From NCBI GenBank assembly GCA_002687735.1, contig NZBD01000015.1:1-52498 (forward strand): 52,498 nucleotides of DNA, in the 5' to 3' direction. Position numbers and translations under genes: made by a program. How positions within the stretch are numbered: the first letter of the stretch is position 1; the number at the start of each line of letters is the position of its first letter. Shown in pieces: positions 19,701 through 27,979 of this stretch. This stretch comes from Candidatus Iainarchaeum sp. (GTDB lineage: Archaea > Iainarchaeota > Iainarchaeia > Iainarchaeales > Iainarchaeaceae). The notes beneath the pieces were generated by a model. The model was not told where the DNA came from and did no database searches. It was given only the letters and a program-made list of their open reading frames with translations.

Positions 19701-19919
19701 TCATCTGGGGCGATTATGCTTACGCACAAGCTGTTCCCTCTGCACAAGTTCATTCTTTTTAGCCATAGCAGCCCTTTTATCCCTTAAATGCTGAATTTCA
19801 TCATGGATCCGGTCAATTTGCTCACCAATATCCTTTTTCTGCTCGGTGGTTGCGGATTTATATTTAGAATTCAGCCCAGACAATTTCGCCAACAATTCTT
19901 TTTCATTCACAAAATTCAT
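19701..19919 (-). CDS. Hypothetical helical protein
   Basis: 72-aa ORF; 4-nt overlap with the upstream ORF. Confidence 0.55.
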   Translation of the reverse strand: MNFVNEKELLAKLSGLNSKYKSATTEQKKDIGEQIDRIHDEIQHLRDKRAAMAKKNELVQREQLVRKHNRPR

Positions 19920-20143
19920 CCTTTTATTAGCAGATAAATTGCCGAACCGAGAATTATCAAAGCAGAAATGCTTTTACCGTCAACAAAAGGAACGCCTACA
20001 AAAAGCAGCACCAGTGCAACTAATAGCAGAACTCCAACAAGTTGTTTTGAGGATAGTTTTCCCCTGAAATAAGAACGGGTAGGTCTAATAAAAATGTTTC
20101 CGAAATAGATTGGGAATGCCAATGGCCTAAACAGGACAAACAT
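19916..20143 (-). CDS. Small two-TM membrane protein (start uncertain)
   Basis: Two hydrophobic helices in the C-terminal half. Confidence 0.5.
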   Translation of the reverse strand: MFVLFRPLAFPIYFGNIFIRPTRSYFRGKLSSKQLVGVLLLVALVLLFVGVPFVDGKSISALIILGSAIYLLIKG

Positions 20144-20167
20144 CTTTCGATGGTTCAGACCACTGGC
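20118..20167 (-). other. Strong RNA stem-loop enclosing a GAAA-tetraloop hairpin
   Basis: gccagtggtctgaac/gtttaggccattggc 15-bp stem with G-U pairs around catc-gaaa-gatg. Confidence 0.55.
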
Positions 20168-20350
20168 TAAGAATCATGCATACCACCCCCAATTTCTCAT
20201 GATTTTATCCCCCAATATACACGTTCAATAAAATCACAGGATTCTTAGAACTGAATTACTTTCCAATTACTCTTACGATTTTTTTGTTAAAATAAATCAG
20301 CTTTAGTTATTCAAGTAAACAATGAACAATTCGTCCTAAAATTCGTGTAT

Positions 20351-20527
20351 TCACTTTATTAGTTTGAAATGGTAAACCGCAATAAAATAAAGAAAAATCC
20401 CGGTTACTGAATAAGCAAAAACCTGAAAAGAGATTTCCTCAGAAAGCAGAATAGTTGCTATCAAAAAAAGTGCAAAGACAACTAAAATTAAACCAACCAT
20501 TGATTTTGTCAAATGTAAACCCACCAT
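20351..20527 (-). CDS. Small two-TM membrane protein
   Basis: Hydrophobic hairpin; probable start MVGLHL at 20527. Confidence 0.6.
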   Translation of the reverse strand: MVGLHLTKSMVGLILVVFALFLIATILLSEEISFQVFAYSVTGIFLYFIAVYHFKLIK

Positions 20528-20566
20528 TACACAACATATATTAATCTTGGAATATTTATTCTTATC

Positions 20567-21175
20567 ATGGCACGGGCAAATAATCCGGATGCTTCTTTTC
20601 AAGGAAGGCAAGCAAAAAATAAAACAATGTCAAGAAGAGAAGCACTAAAACGAATAGTTAAGGGTGCAGGAACAGCTGCAGGAGCAACAGGAATCGGAGC
20701 CATAGGAATTAATGCGGCAAGAGCTATTAAAGCCCGCCAAGAAAAGGGCTCTAGTGAACGGGCATTCAGAGCAACACAATACCGTGCAGCCAAAATACCA
20801 AATCCGCAAAAATGGGCACAGTTATCAGAAATTTATAAACTTGATCCAATTAACAATAAAGCAGACGCCCAATTTGTTCAACAAATTAATTCTCTTTCAA
20901 AAAGAACAGGAATTTCCCCGGAAAGAACACTTTACACTATTGAAACTAATGAGATTTCAGAAACTGCCTCAAATGGTCTTCGTGCCCATTTAGGCAAATA
21001 TTCAGGAAAAGAAAAACAAAGAAGAGAAAGAATAATTAGACTTATTAACACTCTAGCAAGCCCTAACTTAAAATATGATGAACAAAAACAGGCTAAAACT
21101 TTAGTTGCCCGCATTCGTAGCACACGCGGAAGCAAAAGACTTGTTGAAGAAATGATAAAAACTTTCGAAAAATAA
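20567..21175 (+). CDS. Hypothetical basic protein with twin-arginine-like motif
   Basis: MSRREALK followed by a Gly/Ala-rich segment. Confidence 0.65.
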   Translation: MARANNPDASFQGRQAKNKTMSRREALKRIVKGAGTAAGATGIGAIGINAARAIKARQEKGSSERAFRATQYRAAKIPNPQKWAQLSEIYKLDPINNKADAQFVQQINSLSKRTGISPERTLYTIETNEISETASNGLRAHLGKYSGKEKQRRERIIRLINTLASPNLKYDEQKQAKTLVARIRSTRGSKRLVEEMIKTFEK

Positions 21176-21240
21176 TTCTAATTTTAATTGCAAATACGCC
21201 AGGGCTAAATCTGGCCTAAAAAAGGATTAGAGATAAGTAT

Positions 21241-21311
21241 AAGAGAATGGGCACATCAAATGAAGGGTAGTACTCTGAAAGCGAGTGTAGCTTTGCCCAT
21301 TCTCTTTTTTT
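21241..21311 (+). other. Long perfect stem with structured loop and T-tract (terminator or small RNA)
   Basis: aagagaatgggca/tgcccattctctt 13-bp perfect stem. Confidence 0.5.
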
Positions 21312-21446
21312 GTTTCAGTTCTTGTGTAACAGATTTGTTCACCTGAATAGCCAAACGCATAACTAGAATAAAACTTTTTAGAGTTAGAAATCTGAACAGT
21401 ACAAAATTAATTACAGGAAATATGTAAGTGGGCCTTTGCAAAAAAA

Positions 21447-21707
21447 TCAGAAAGCAAAACCCAAAAGATCAAGGAGAATAAGAAGAATTATTCCCGGAAT
21501 CCCGCCAAAAGCAGTTATCAGAACACTCCAAATATTTATTTCGATGTGTATAAATGGAAAAAAATTAAGTAAAACCAAAACTACCAAACCAATGAAACTA
21601 TTGATCAGTAAAATAACAATTTTTTTACCTAATTTTAATGCAAAGAAAATCGCAATTATTACTACTATCGCAGTTAAAACAAAACCAAGTATTGGATCTA
21701 AAGCCAT
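21447..21707 (-). CDS. BofA-like (pro-sigmaK processing inhibitor family) membrane protein
   Basis: LLINSFIGLVVL...INIWSVLITAFGGIPGIILL pattern. Confidence 0.8.
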   Translation of the reverse strand: MALDPILGFVLTAIVVIIAIFFALKLGKKIVILLINSFIGLVVLVLLNFFPFIHIEINIWSVLITAFGGIPGIILLILLDLLGFAF

Positions 21708-21765
21708 TAAAGAACCCCAGGATTAAAGTTAATTTAAGTCTAATGTTTAAAATAAATTATCGGAC

Positions 21766-21926
21766 CAGCGCCACAAGAGTGGAGGACTTGCCTCTGTAGA
21801 CTTTACGAGACGCAAAGCCCACCTGAGAGGCCCTCAGTTTCGGGACAGAAACCGAGTCAACTCCTTCTACAAATTTTTTCCAGTTCAATTAAAATCCCCC
21901 ACCTCAGAGGTGAAACCCTGACGCTA
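21766..21926 (-). ncRNA. Unassigned multi-branched structured RNA candidate
   Basis: Closing stem tagcgtca/tggcgctg, three-way junction, G-U pairs favour the minus strand; TTTAAATA at 21971-21964. Confidence 0.55.
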
Positions 21927-21981
21927 AAATTTAATATTCACAGCTACTACCTTACGCCATTGATATTTAAAAACACATAAG

Positions 21982-21994
21982 TATACTAAGTATA
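21982..21994. promoter_or_regulatory. Palindrome upstream of the HxlR gene, candidate operator
   Basis: TATACT-A-AGTATA. Confidence 0.4.
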
Positions 21995-22013
21995 TTAACT
22001 ATATTTTTTATAG

Positions 22014-22331
22014 TTGGTGACTTTTTTGGAACCTGAAAATTTTTTTAAGAAAACAAGCGATTTCGTGGCAAAGAAGCACAATATCGCAATAATAAGGATT
22101 CTGTTGAAAAGCGAACAGGGCCTTGGTTTTAATGCGATAATGAAACAAGTTTCACCAATAACTCCAAGAATGCTTTCAACCAGATTAGCAGAACTTGAAA
22201 AGGAACAACTAATTCAAAAAAATCTTGTATTAGGAGATAAACCTAAAGTTGAATATCGAACGTTACCAAAAGCAATTGGATTGTCAAAAGCTATTTCTGA
22301 ACTTGAAAAATGGGGCAAAAAAGAGCTTTAA
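22014..22331 (+). CDS. HxlR-family winged-helix regulator
   Basis: FNAIMKQVSPITPRMLSTRLAELE, PKVEY. Confidence 0.88.
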   Translation: MVTFLEPENFFKKTSDFVAKKHNIAIIRILLKSEQGLGFNAIMKQVSPITPRMLSTRLAELEKEQLIQKNLVLGDKPKVEYRTLPKAIGLSKAISELEKWGKKEL

Positions 22332-22385
22332 CACACCACAATCTATAAATTACTGAATTGACTCTGATTATTGAAGGCTATGTTT

Positions 22386-22622
22386 ATGGCAAAATTTAAG
22401 ATTATTTACAACCGAACAGATTGTGTTGCAGCCGGGCCATGTGCTGCTGTTGACCCAGACAACTTTGAAATAAATCCGGAAGATGGTAAAGCAGACTTAA
22501 TTGGCGGCAAAGAAACAAGCCCAGGAATCTGGGAACTTGAAATAGAAGATGATGAAAAAGCCAACCAAGCAGTAGAGGTTTGTCCAGCAGCAGTTATTTC
22601 AGTGAAAAAAATCAAAGACTAA
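22386..22622 (+). CDS. Single-cluster ferredoxin (probably 3Fe-4S)
   Basis: CVAAGPC...CPAAVI; second Cys of CxxCxxC replaced by Ala. Confidence 0.85.
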   Translation: MAKFKIIYNRTDCVAAGPCAAVDPDNFEINPEDGKADLIGGKETSPGIWELEIEDDEKANQAVEVCPAAVISVKKIKD

Positions 22623-22709
22623 AAATAATTAGTTTTTCTAAAAGATTTTTTGACTTGTTGGTTAGTTTAATTAATCCAAAAAACACATACTTTATCAGGG
22701 GGCTTGATA

Positions 22710-23027
22710 ATGGATGCAAACAAACTAATCCAAATTACTCATTTACCAAAACAAGATGAAATAAAAAAACAATCTTTAATTAATGCGATTGAAAAAAGTT
22801 ACGGTAAATTAACTAGTTTTTTACCCGGAGAACTAATGCTGGAAATTCATTTCAGGGAAAGCAAAAAACAAGGCAACCGGGAGCAGTTCGAAGTAAAAGC
22901 TAATGCTAATGTAGCTGGGATTTCACTCCACTCAAAATTTATTGATTGGGACTCCGAAAAGGCACTAAAACAAGCACTAACTGCACTTGAAAAGGAAGCA
23001 ATCAAAGCCAAAACACTCAAAAGGTAA
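22710..23027 (+). CDS. HPF/RaiA-like ribosome-associated domain protein
   Basis: LEIHFRE..KQGNREQFEVKA..DWDSEKALKQALTALEKE pattern. Confidence 0.6.
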   Translation: MDANKLIQITHLPKQDEIKKQSLINAIEKSYGKLTSFLPGELMLEIHFRESKKQGNREQFEVKANANVAGISLHSKFIDWDSEKALKQALTALEKEAIKAKTLKR

Positions 23028-23126
23028 GAAAACCTAAGTTCAGCACAAAAAGCGGTTTGGTTTTCCTCTGCGGGTTTAGTATTAACTAGAACGCGGTTTA
23101 TTAATCAGAAATTCGGAGGAACTCAC

Positions 23127-23495
23127 ATGAGCTTAGTAACACTTACATTTGGAAACAAAGCAGCTAATGCATCGCCACACGTGTTTATCTCAACACCCGA
23201 AGAAAGAATAATACAAAAATTAAATCATAGCGGAACAGCAAAAGGCGAGGCAATAATAAAAAAAGCGTGCAGGTTTTACTCAGAGGAAAATGTTTATGTG
23301 GTTGCTGAGGTAACTGAAGGATTTTTATCAAATAATATGACTGCTTTTTACAATGGAAAAACACTAGATATTCTTGATGTCGAATCAAAATACGGACACA
23401 GTGCAAAAAAAGGAATGACTGTCGGACTTACATTAAGAGGAATCTCCGAGGAAGAGTTAGAAAAAGATTCTGTGTTAAGTTTTGAAAAACAATAA
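23127..23495 (+). CDS. EF-Tu domain II-like beta-barrel protein
   Basis: VVAEVTEGFL...AKKGMTVGLTLRGISEEELEKDSVL. Confidence 0.6.
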   Translation: MSLVTLTFGNKAANASPHVFISTPEERIIQKLNHSGTAKGEAIIKKACRFYSEENVYVVAEVTEGFLSNNMTAFYNGKTLDILDVESKYGHSAKKGMTVGLTLRGISEEELEKDSVLSFEKQ

Positions 23496-23583
23496 TTTTT
23501 ACAACATCAACTCTATTAACTTTTTCCCGAATTAACTTTCAGCAAAACTAATTTTTCCTTGATTTTATTTTTCACTGCTCCGT

Positions 23584-23796
23584 TCAGGAAATCGAATTAA
23601 TGCAATTATTTCTAATTTCATCAGTAATTATTTGAGTGCAAAAACTCAAATCGTTTTCATTAAGGGCAGAGGAGGAATAGCATAAATCCCTCTGCTCCGT
23701 TTGTTTGTCTTCACATTCCTGAATAGTGTTGGTTGGTTTTGAAAAACAGCCAGAAAAGACAATAACTAATAAAACCAAAATAAAAAAAATTTTCAT
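23584..23796 (-). CDS. Small Cys-rich lipoprotein
   Basis: FSGC lipobox; RDLCY...C..I...RNNC helical repeat. Confidence 0.7.
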   Translation of the reverse strand: MKIFFILVLLVIVFSGCFSKPTNTIQECEDKQTEQRDLCYSSSALNENDLSFCTQIITDEIRNNCINSIS

Positions 23797-23893
23797 AATC
23801 AGAACAAAGGATGTAACTTATTTTAATTTTTCGGAAATCAAAATCAATTATGTAGCAGTCAAGCTTTTATAGTTGGTTTGTGTTGTTATTTGA

Positions 23894-24223
23894 ATGGCCG
23901 CAACAGTAACACAATTACTTTTACTTCTCAGCAACTAGTTTATGTTAGTGATAACAATGCTCTTAACAGTTAGAGCAATAGCGGTGGTAAAACCGTTTGT
24001 TGAACAGGTTGTTGTTGCTAAGACTATGTGGTATCTTTACATGGCTTTTGGTTATTCGCTTATTTCTGTAACGGTCTTTACTTCTTGGGTAATCTGGACT
24101 TTTCCAGACCTCTGGGGGATGTTAATATTATTCATGAGTTGGTTTATCCTTGTAATAATATTCATCGGACACAGACAAATCAAGGCAAGTACCGTACGGA
24201 AATCGTTCAACATCAAAATGTAA
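23894..24223 (+). pseudogene. Membrane protein interrupted by an in-frame TAG (23936-23938)
   Basis: ATG 23894 is in frame with ORF 23942..24223; MAATVTQLLLLLSN*FMLVITM is a continuous hydrophobic stretch. Confidence 0.5.
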
Positions 24224-24983
24224 TAATAACGGGCTGCTCCCGCTTATGAGAAGTTGACTCGATTATTTTCTTTAGTTTAGCAGCAGCATCTTCTTTCCCT
24301 TTAGGAATTTCCTTATTTTTAAGAATTAAAGGAAGCAACTCATCAATAACAGAGTAACTCAACCCCAATTCTTTTTCGTCTTCTTGGTTTTCCCAGAGCT
24401 CAGCAGACGGAATCTTGTCCAAGAATTCGGGTCCTATATTTAATTGCTCTGCAACTAACCGCACTTCTTTTTTCAGTAAAGCCCCAATCGGAAAAAAGTC
24501 CGCAGCCGCATCTCCGTATTTTGTAAAATAACCCAAATAAAACTCGGATTTGTTTCCTGTTCCTGCTACAATACAATTGTTAGAATTTGCATAATTATAC
24601 AATACAACCGCTCTTGCCCTTGCATTAAGATTTGCTTTTGCAGTATTGTTTTGTTTCCACGGAAGAATTTCAAAAACCTCCAATACAGAATCGATTGACA
24701 CAATAAAATATTCAACGCCTAACTTTTTGGCGAGGTTTTCAGCATCTTTCGTGCTTGAATCTTTCGTGATTTTTGAGTTAGGCATTAGAATAGCTGTAAC
24801 ATTTTCTTTCCCTAATGTATTTACAAGCAGGGCAAGCACAACTGCAGAATCAATACCCCCGCTTAAACCCAAAACTGCTTTTTTGATGCTCCGTTCCTCA
24901 AAATAATTTTTTATTTTACTAATTAACTTTTCGGATAAATTATTTTCATTCGTTTTGTTTTCTTCCATTTTACTTTCACTCAT
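24213..24983 (-). CDS. nadE: NH3-dependent NAD+ synthetase
   Basis: GLSGGIDS, NARAR, GYFTKYGD, PSAELW. Confidence 0.95.
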   Translation of the reverse strand: MSESKMEENKTNENNLSEKLISKIKNYFEERSIKKAVLGLSGGIDSAVVLALLVNTLGKENVTAILMPNSKITKDSSTKDAENLAKKLGVEYFIVSIDSVLEVFEILPWKQNNTAKANLNARARAVVLYNYANSNNCIVAGTGNKSEFYLGYFTKYGDAAADFFPIGALLKKEVRLVAEQLNIGPEFLDKIPSAELWENQEDEKELGLSYSVIDELLPLILKNKEIPKGKEDAAAKLKKIIESTSHKREQPVIITF

Positions 24984-24991
24984 TTTAAGCC

Positions 24992-25654
24992 CTACACAAG
25001 ATTCACTAAATCTGCAATATCTAACAGATCAAAATCTGCTTTAATTCCTTCACTGGGAAAAAGCTGACCATACTTTGCTAATGCTGTTTTCATTCCGCTC
25101 TCCTGCGCCCCTTTAATGTCTCTTCCCGGATTGTCACCAACAAACAAAATTTCCTCTGGCAGACAATCTAACTGTTCCAACGCAGCATTAAATGGAAGTG
25201 CACTTGGTTTTAATTCACCAGTATCATCAAGAGTAACAACAAAATCAAAAAAATCAGTAAGCCCCATTTCAGCCAGCCTCATCCAAGCTTTTAACCTTGG
25301 AGCATCACTAACAATTCCTAATTGTAATCCTTTTTCGCGCAGGGTTATAAGGGTGCTCCGTACATGAGGATAAGGTTCCAAATAACCAGCCTGCATTTTT
25401 CTATAAGCTGCAATTCCTCTTGAAAGAATTTTATAATCAATATCCCCTTTAGTTTCCTCTAAAAATTTCTGGAATATTTCTTGATGTTCGATCCCATGGA
25501 CTCCATAAAGCTCAAATAGTTTTCCGTATGCTTCGTCCTTATTCATTTCTAAACCAGCATCCACCATAGCCGAAATAGCAGCCTCACAGCTAATTTTTTT
25601 CATCCTCATAAAATCTATAAGGGTATTATCAAGGTCAAAAAGCACTGCTTTCAT
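24992..25654 (-). CDS. HAD-superfamily hydrolase
   Basis: FDLDNTL, KP, VGDN..RDI. Confidence 0.92.
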   Translation of the reverse strand: MKAVLFDLDNTLIDFMRMKKISCEAAISAMVDAGLEMNKDEAYGKLFELYGVHGIEHQEIFQKFLEETKGDIDYKILSRGIAAYRKMQAGYLEPYPHVRSTLITLREKGLQLGIVSDAPRLKAWMRLAEMGLTDFFDFVVTLDDTGELKPSALPFNAALEQLDCLPEEILFVGDNPGRDIKGAQESGMKTALAKYGQLFPSEGIKADFDLLDIADLVNLV

Positions 25655-25715
25655 AGATCACTTTTCTTGGAAAGCTGATAAAAAGCTTATATACGAGTTT
25701 GTGCCTTTTCTAAAC

Positions 25716-25949
25716 ATGGAAAAACAAGTAAAAAGCATGTTCACTCAGGCAATTTTCTTCTTTATTATAGGGGTTGTTCTAGCCTCTTTATTCATGTGGA
25801 GTATGATGCAGGGCATTACTATTCATTTTACTGGAAATGACTCATTAGCCTTTTCATATTATTTTGTTGGATGGATCTCGGGAATTGCTGCTTTCAGCCT
25901 TTATTGGCAAGCTAAAAACTTGTTTCATTTTGCCAAAATTTCGAGGTGA
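25716..25949 (+). CDS. Small membrane protein
   Basis: Two TM helices. Confidence 0.65.
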   Translation: MEKQVKSMFTQAIFFFIIGVVLASLFMWSMMQGITIHFTGNDSLAFSYYFVGWISGIAAFSLYWQAKNLFHFAKISR

Positions 25950-26140
25950 GGATAATCCCTAAAAACCGAAGCAAAATTGCTATCAACGCTCAAAGAATGA
26001 TGACCGTCAGCAGATTACGAAGCCAAATAGCTAGAGATAAGGAATTTCTAGCAAATAACCGAGGAAATATGATTACTGAGGTTGCCCAAAAAATAAAAAA
26101 ACAAATAGCGGCCGCTGAAACAAAGCTAAAAGAAGTATAA
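25946..26140 (+). CDS. Hypothetical basic protein
   Basis: 64 aa; 4-nt overlap with the upstream gene. Confidence 0.5.
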   Translation: MRIIPKNRSKIAINAQRMMTVSRLRSQIARDKEFLANNRGNMITEVAQKIKKQIAAAETKLKEV

Positions 26141-26147
26141 TAAAAAT

Positions 26148-26405
26148 TCACTTCTTCTTTGTTTTTTTAGCAGGAGTTTTATCTTTATTTTCTTTCGAAC
26201 CTTCACTTTCTTCCGGGTTTTTGCCCCCTTCAGGAATTTCACCTTTGAAATCCTCATTAAATTCATCAATATCCTCATCGTCTAAACCAAGATTTTTGAG
26301 GATTTTATCATGTTCCTCAATAGACATCTGATCAAAATCTTCTTTCCAGATTTTCATGTCTGCAGTTACAGGAAGAGGTTTTCCTTCTTTTTTCTTTTTA
26401 ATCAT
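26148..26405 (-). CDS. Hypothetical protein with acidic core and basic termini
   Basis: 85-aa ORF. Confidence 0.6.
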   Translation of the reverse strand: MIKKKKEGKPLPVTADMKIWKEDFDQMSIEEHDKILKNLGLDDEDIDEFNEDFKGEIPEGGKNPEESEGSKENKDKTPAKKTKKK

Positions 26406-26486
26406 AACTTCTTTTAGGTTATAAAAGTTTAAAAGCTTTTGATTGAAACCAGAGAGTATTTATTTGAAAAAAACAATTAATTCTAC

Positions 26487-27329
26487 ATGGACTCTCCGGA
26501 ACCCAAAAACGAGCATCTAGAAAAATTCAAACAGGAGCTTATTATTGCGGGTTACAGCCAAAGAACTATTAGTATGTACACGCTTTACGTCAAAAATTTG
26601 TTAAACTCAGCCAAAAAACACCCAAAAGATATGGATAGATCTGATTTAGTTGGTTTTCTTGCTAAAGAAAAGGAAAAAGGATCCTCAAACTCGACTCTTG
26701 CCTTAATCCACGCTGCTTTGAAATTCTTTTTCCATAAATACCTCAAAAGCAAAATTATGGACGAAATTCCAACACCAAAGAAAAACAAATATCTCCCCAC
26801 GACACTTACTAAAGATGAAACAAAAAAACTGATCAAAGCAACAAAAAAAGGCAGAAACCGGTTGCTGTTGCAATTTATTTACTCCTCCGGGGTTCGTGTG
26901 AGTGAAGCGGTTAATATGAAAAATGAGGAAATTAATTTTAAAGAAAGAATCGGAAAAGTAAAATCCGGAAAGGGAGCCAAAGACAGGATTATTATTCTTT
27001 CAAAAAACTGGTGTAAATTAGCAAAAAAATACGTGGAAAAAAAGAAAATCAAGAGTGAATGGCTGTTCTCAAAAAAGAACGGTAAAAAAATCTCAACAGA
27101 TACTGTCCAACGCATTGTAAAAGAAGCCGGGGAAAAAGCAGAAATTGAAAAAATTGTAACTCCCCACGTTCTTAGACACAGTTTTGCCACTCATTTATTG
27201 GAAGCGGGAGAAAATATTAGGAAAATCCAAGAACTTTTAGGCCATTCAAACCTAAACACAACTCAGATTTACACCCATGTTTCTACAGAGCAACTCAAAA
27301 AAGTAAGCAGTCCTTTGGACAATCTGTAA
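26487..27329 (+). CDS. xerA: Tyrosine recombinase, archaeal XerA type
   Basis: SSGVRVSE, GKGAKDR, TPHVLRHSFATHLL, LLGH..TTQIY: intact catalytic residues. Confidence 0.85.
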   Translation: MDSPEPKNEHLEKFKQELIIAGYSQRTISMYTLYVKNLLNSAKKHPKDMDRSDLVGFLAKEKEKGSSNSTLALIHAALKFFFHKYLKSKIMDEIPTPKKNKYLPTTLTKDETKKLIKATKKGRNRLLLQFIYSSGVRVSEAVNMKNEEINFKERIGKVKSGKGAKDRIIILSKNWCKLAKKYVEKKKIKSEWLFSKKNGKKISTDTVQRIVKEAGEKAEIEKIVTPHVLRHSFATHLLEAGENIRKIQELLGHSNLNTTQIYTHVSTEQLKKVSSPLDNL

Positions 27330-27602
27330 CCTCTCGTACACTAATTAATCCACAACTCTCACCAGTAATTAACCTATAACCCAATACTTCCACTACTTCC
27401 AAACAAAAATTGTAATAAAAATCTGAATTTTGATTATGTATATTTGTTTAATTACGTCTTTGGTGTTCTTTCAAAACAGAACAAAAAACAGCGTTTGTTA
27501 TGTAGATGTGTTGTTTTTTGGTGTTTACTGTGGAATTCGACATAAACTTTATATATTTGGTTATATTTATTATTTTAGAATAAATTTTTTGGAGGAATTA
27601 AA

Positions 27603-27896
27603 ATGACCGTTAGATTATCAAAATTATTTGGGATGGACATCTATACTACAGACGCAGAGCATAAAGGGAAGGTTTTTGATTTAGTTATTAACCTTGAAAA
27701 GGGCAAGATTGAAACCATAACTACTGAGGCATTAAAAGCAAGATCTAAGGCTGAAGCAAAGAAAATTATAAGTGAAAAAAGCATACCTTATAACAAAGTC
27801 AGGTCCGCTAAAGACATTATAATTGTTGGTTCAACCGCTAAACAGGAAGAATCAACTAGTGATTCTGGCAGTAAAACAATAATTAGAAGACGATAA
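27603..27896 (+). CDS. PRC-barrel domain protein
   Basis: LSKLFGMDIYT..GKVFDLVINLEKGKI...IPYNKVRSAKDIIIV; GGAGG ribosome-binding site. Confidence 0.85.
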   Translation: MTVRLSKLFGMDIYTTDAEHKGKVFDLVINLEKGKIETITTEALKARSKAEAKKIISEKSIPYNKVRSAKDIIIVGSTAKQEESTSDSGSKTIIRRR

Positions 27897-27979
27897 AAAG
27901 ATGTTTTTACGATCCTTTTTTTATTTTTATGTTTACTAATTATACATAAGGAGATTTTGTTTTATAATATAGGTTATTA

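Noticed and set aside
21809-21819. GACGCAAAGCC resembling a c-di-GMP-I riboswitch
   Set aside because: The upstream GGCAAA and GNRA hairpin are missing, and G-U pairs favour the opposite strand
21766-21926. RNase P RNA or hammerhead ribozyme
   Set aside because: GAGGCAAGTCC lies at the wrong end with no matching P4 partner; no CUGANGA core
23936-23938. Pyrrolysine or genome-wide TAG recoding
   Set aside because: TAG ends several conserved genes at their expected positions, and no pyl genes are in the window
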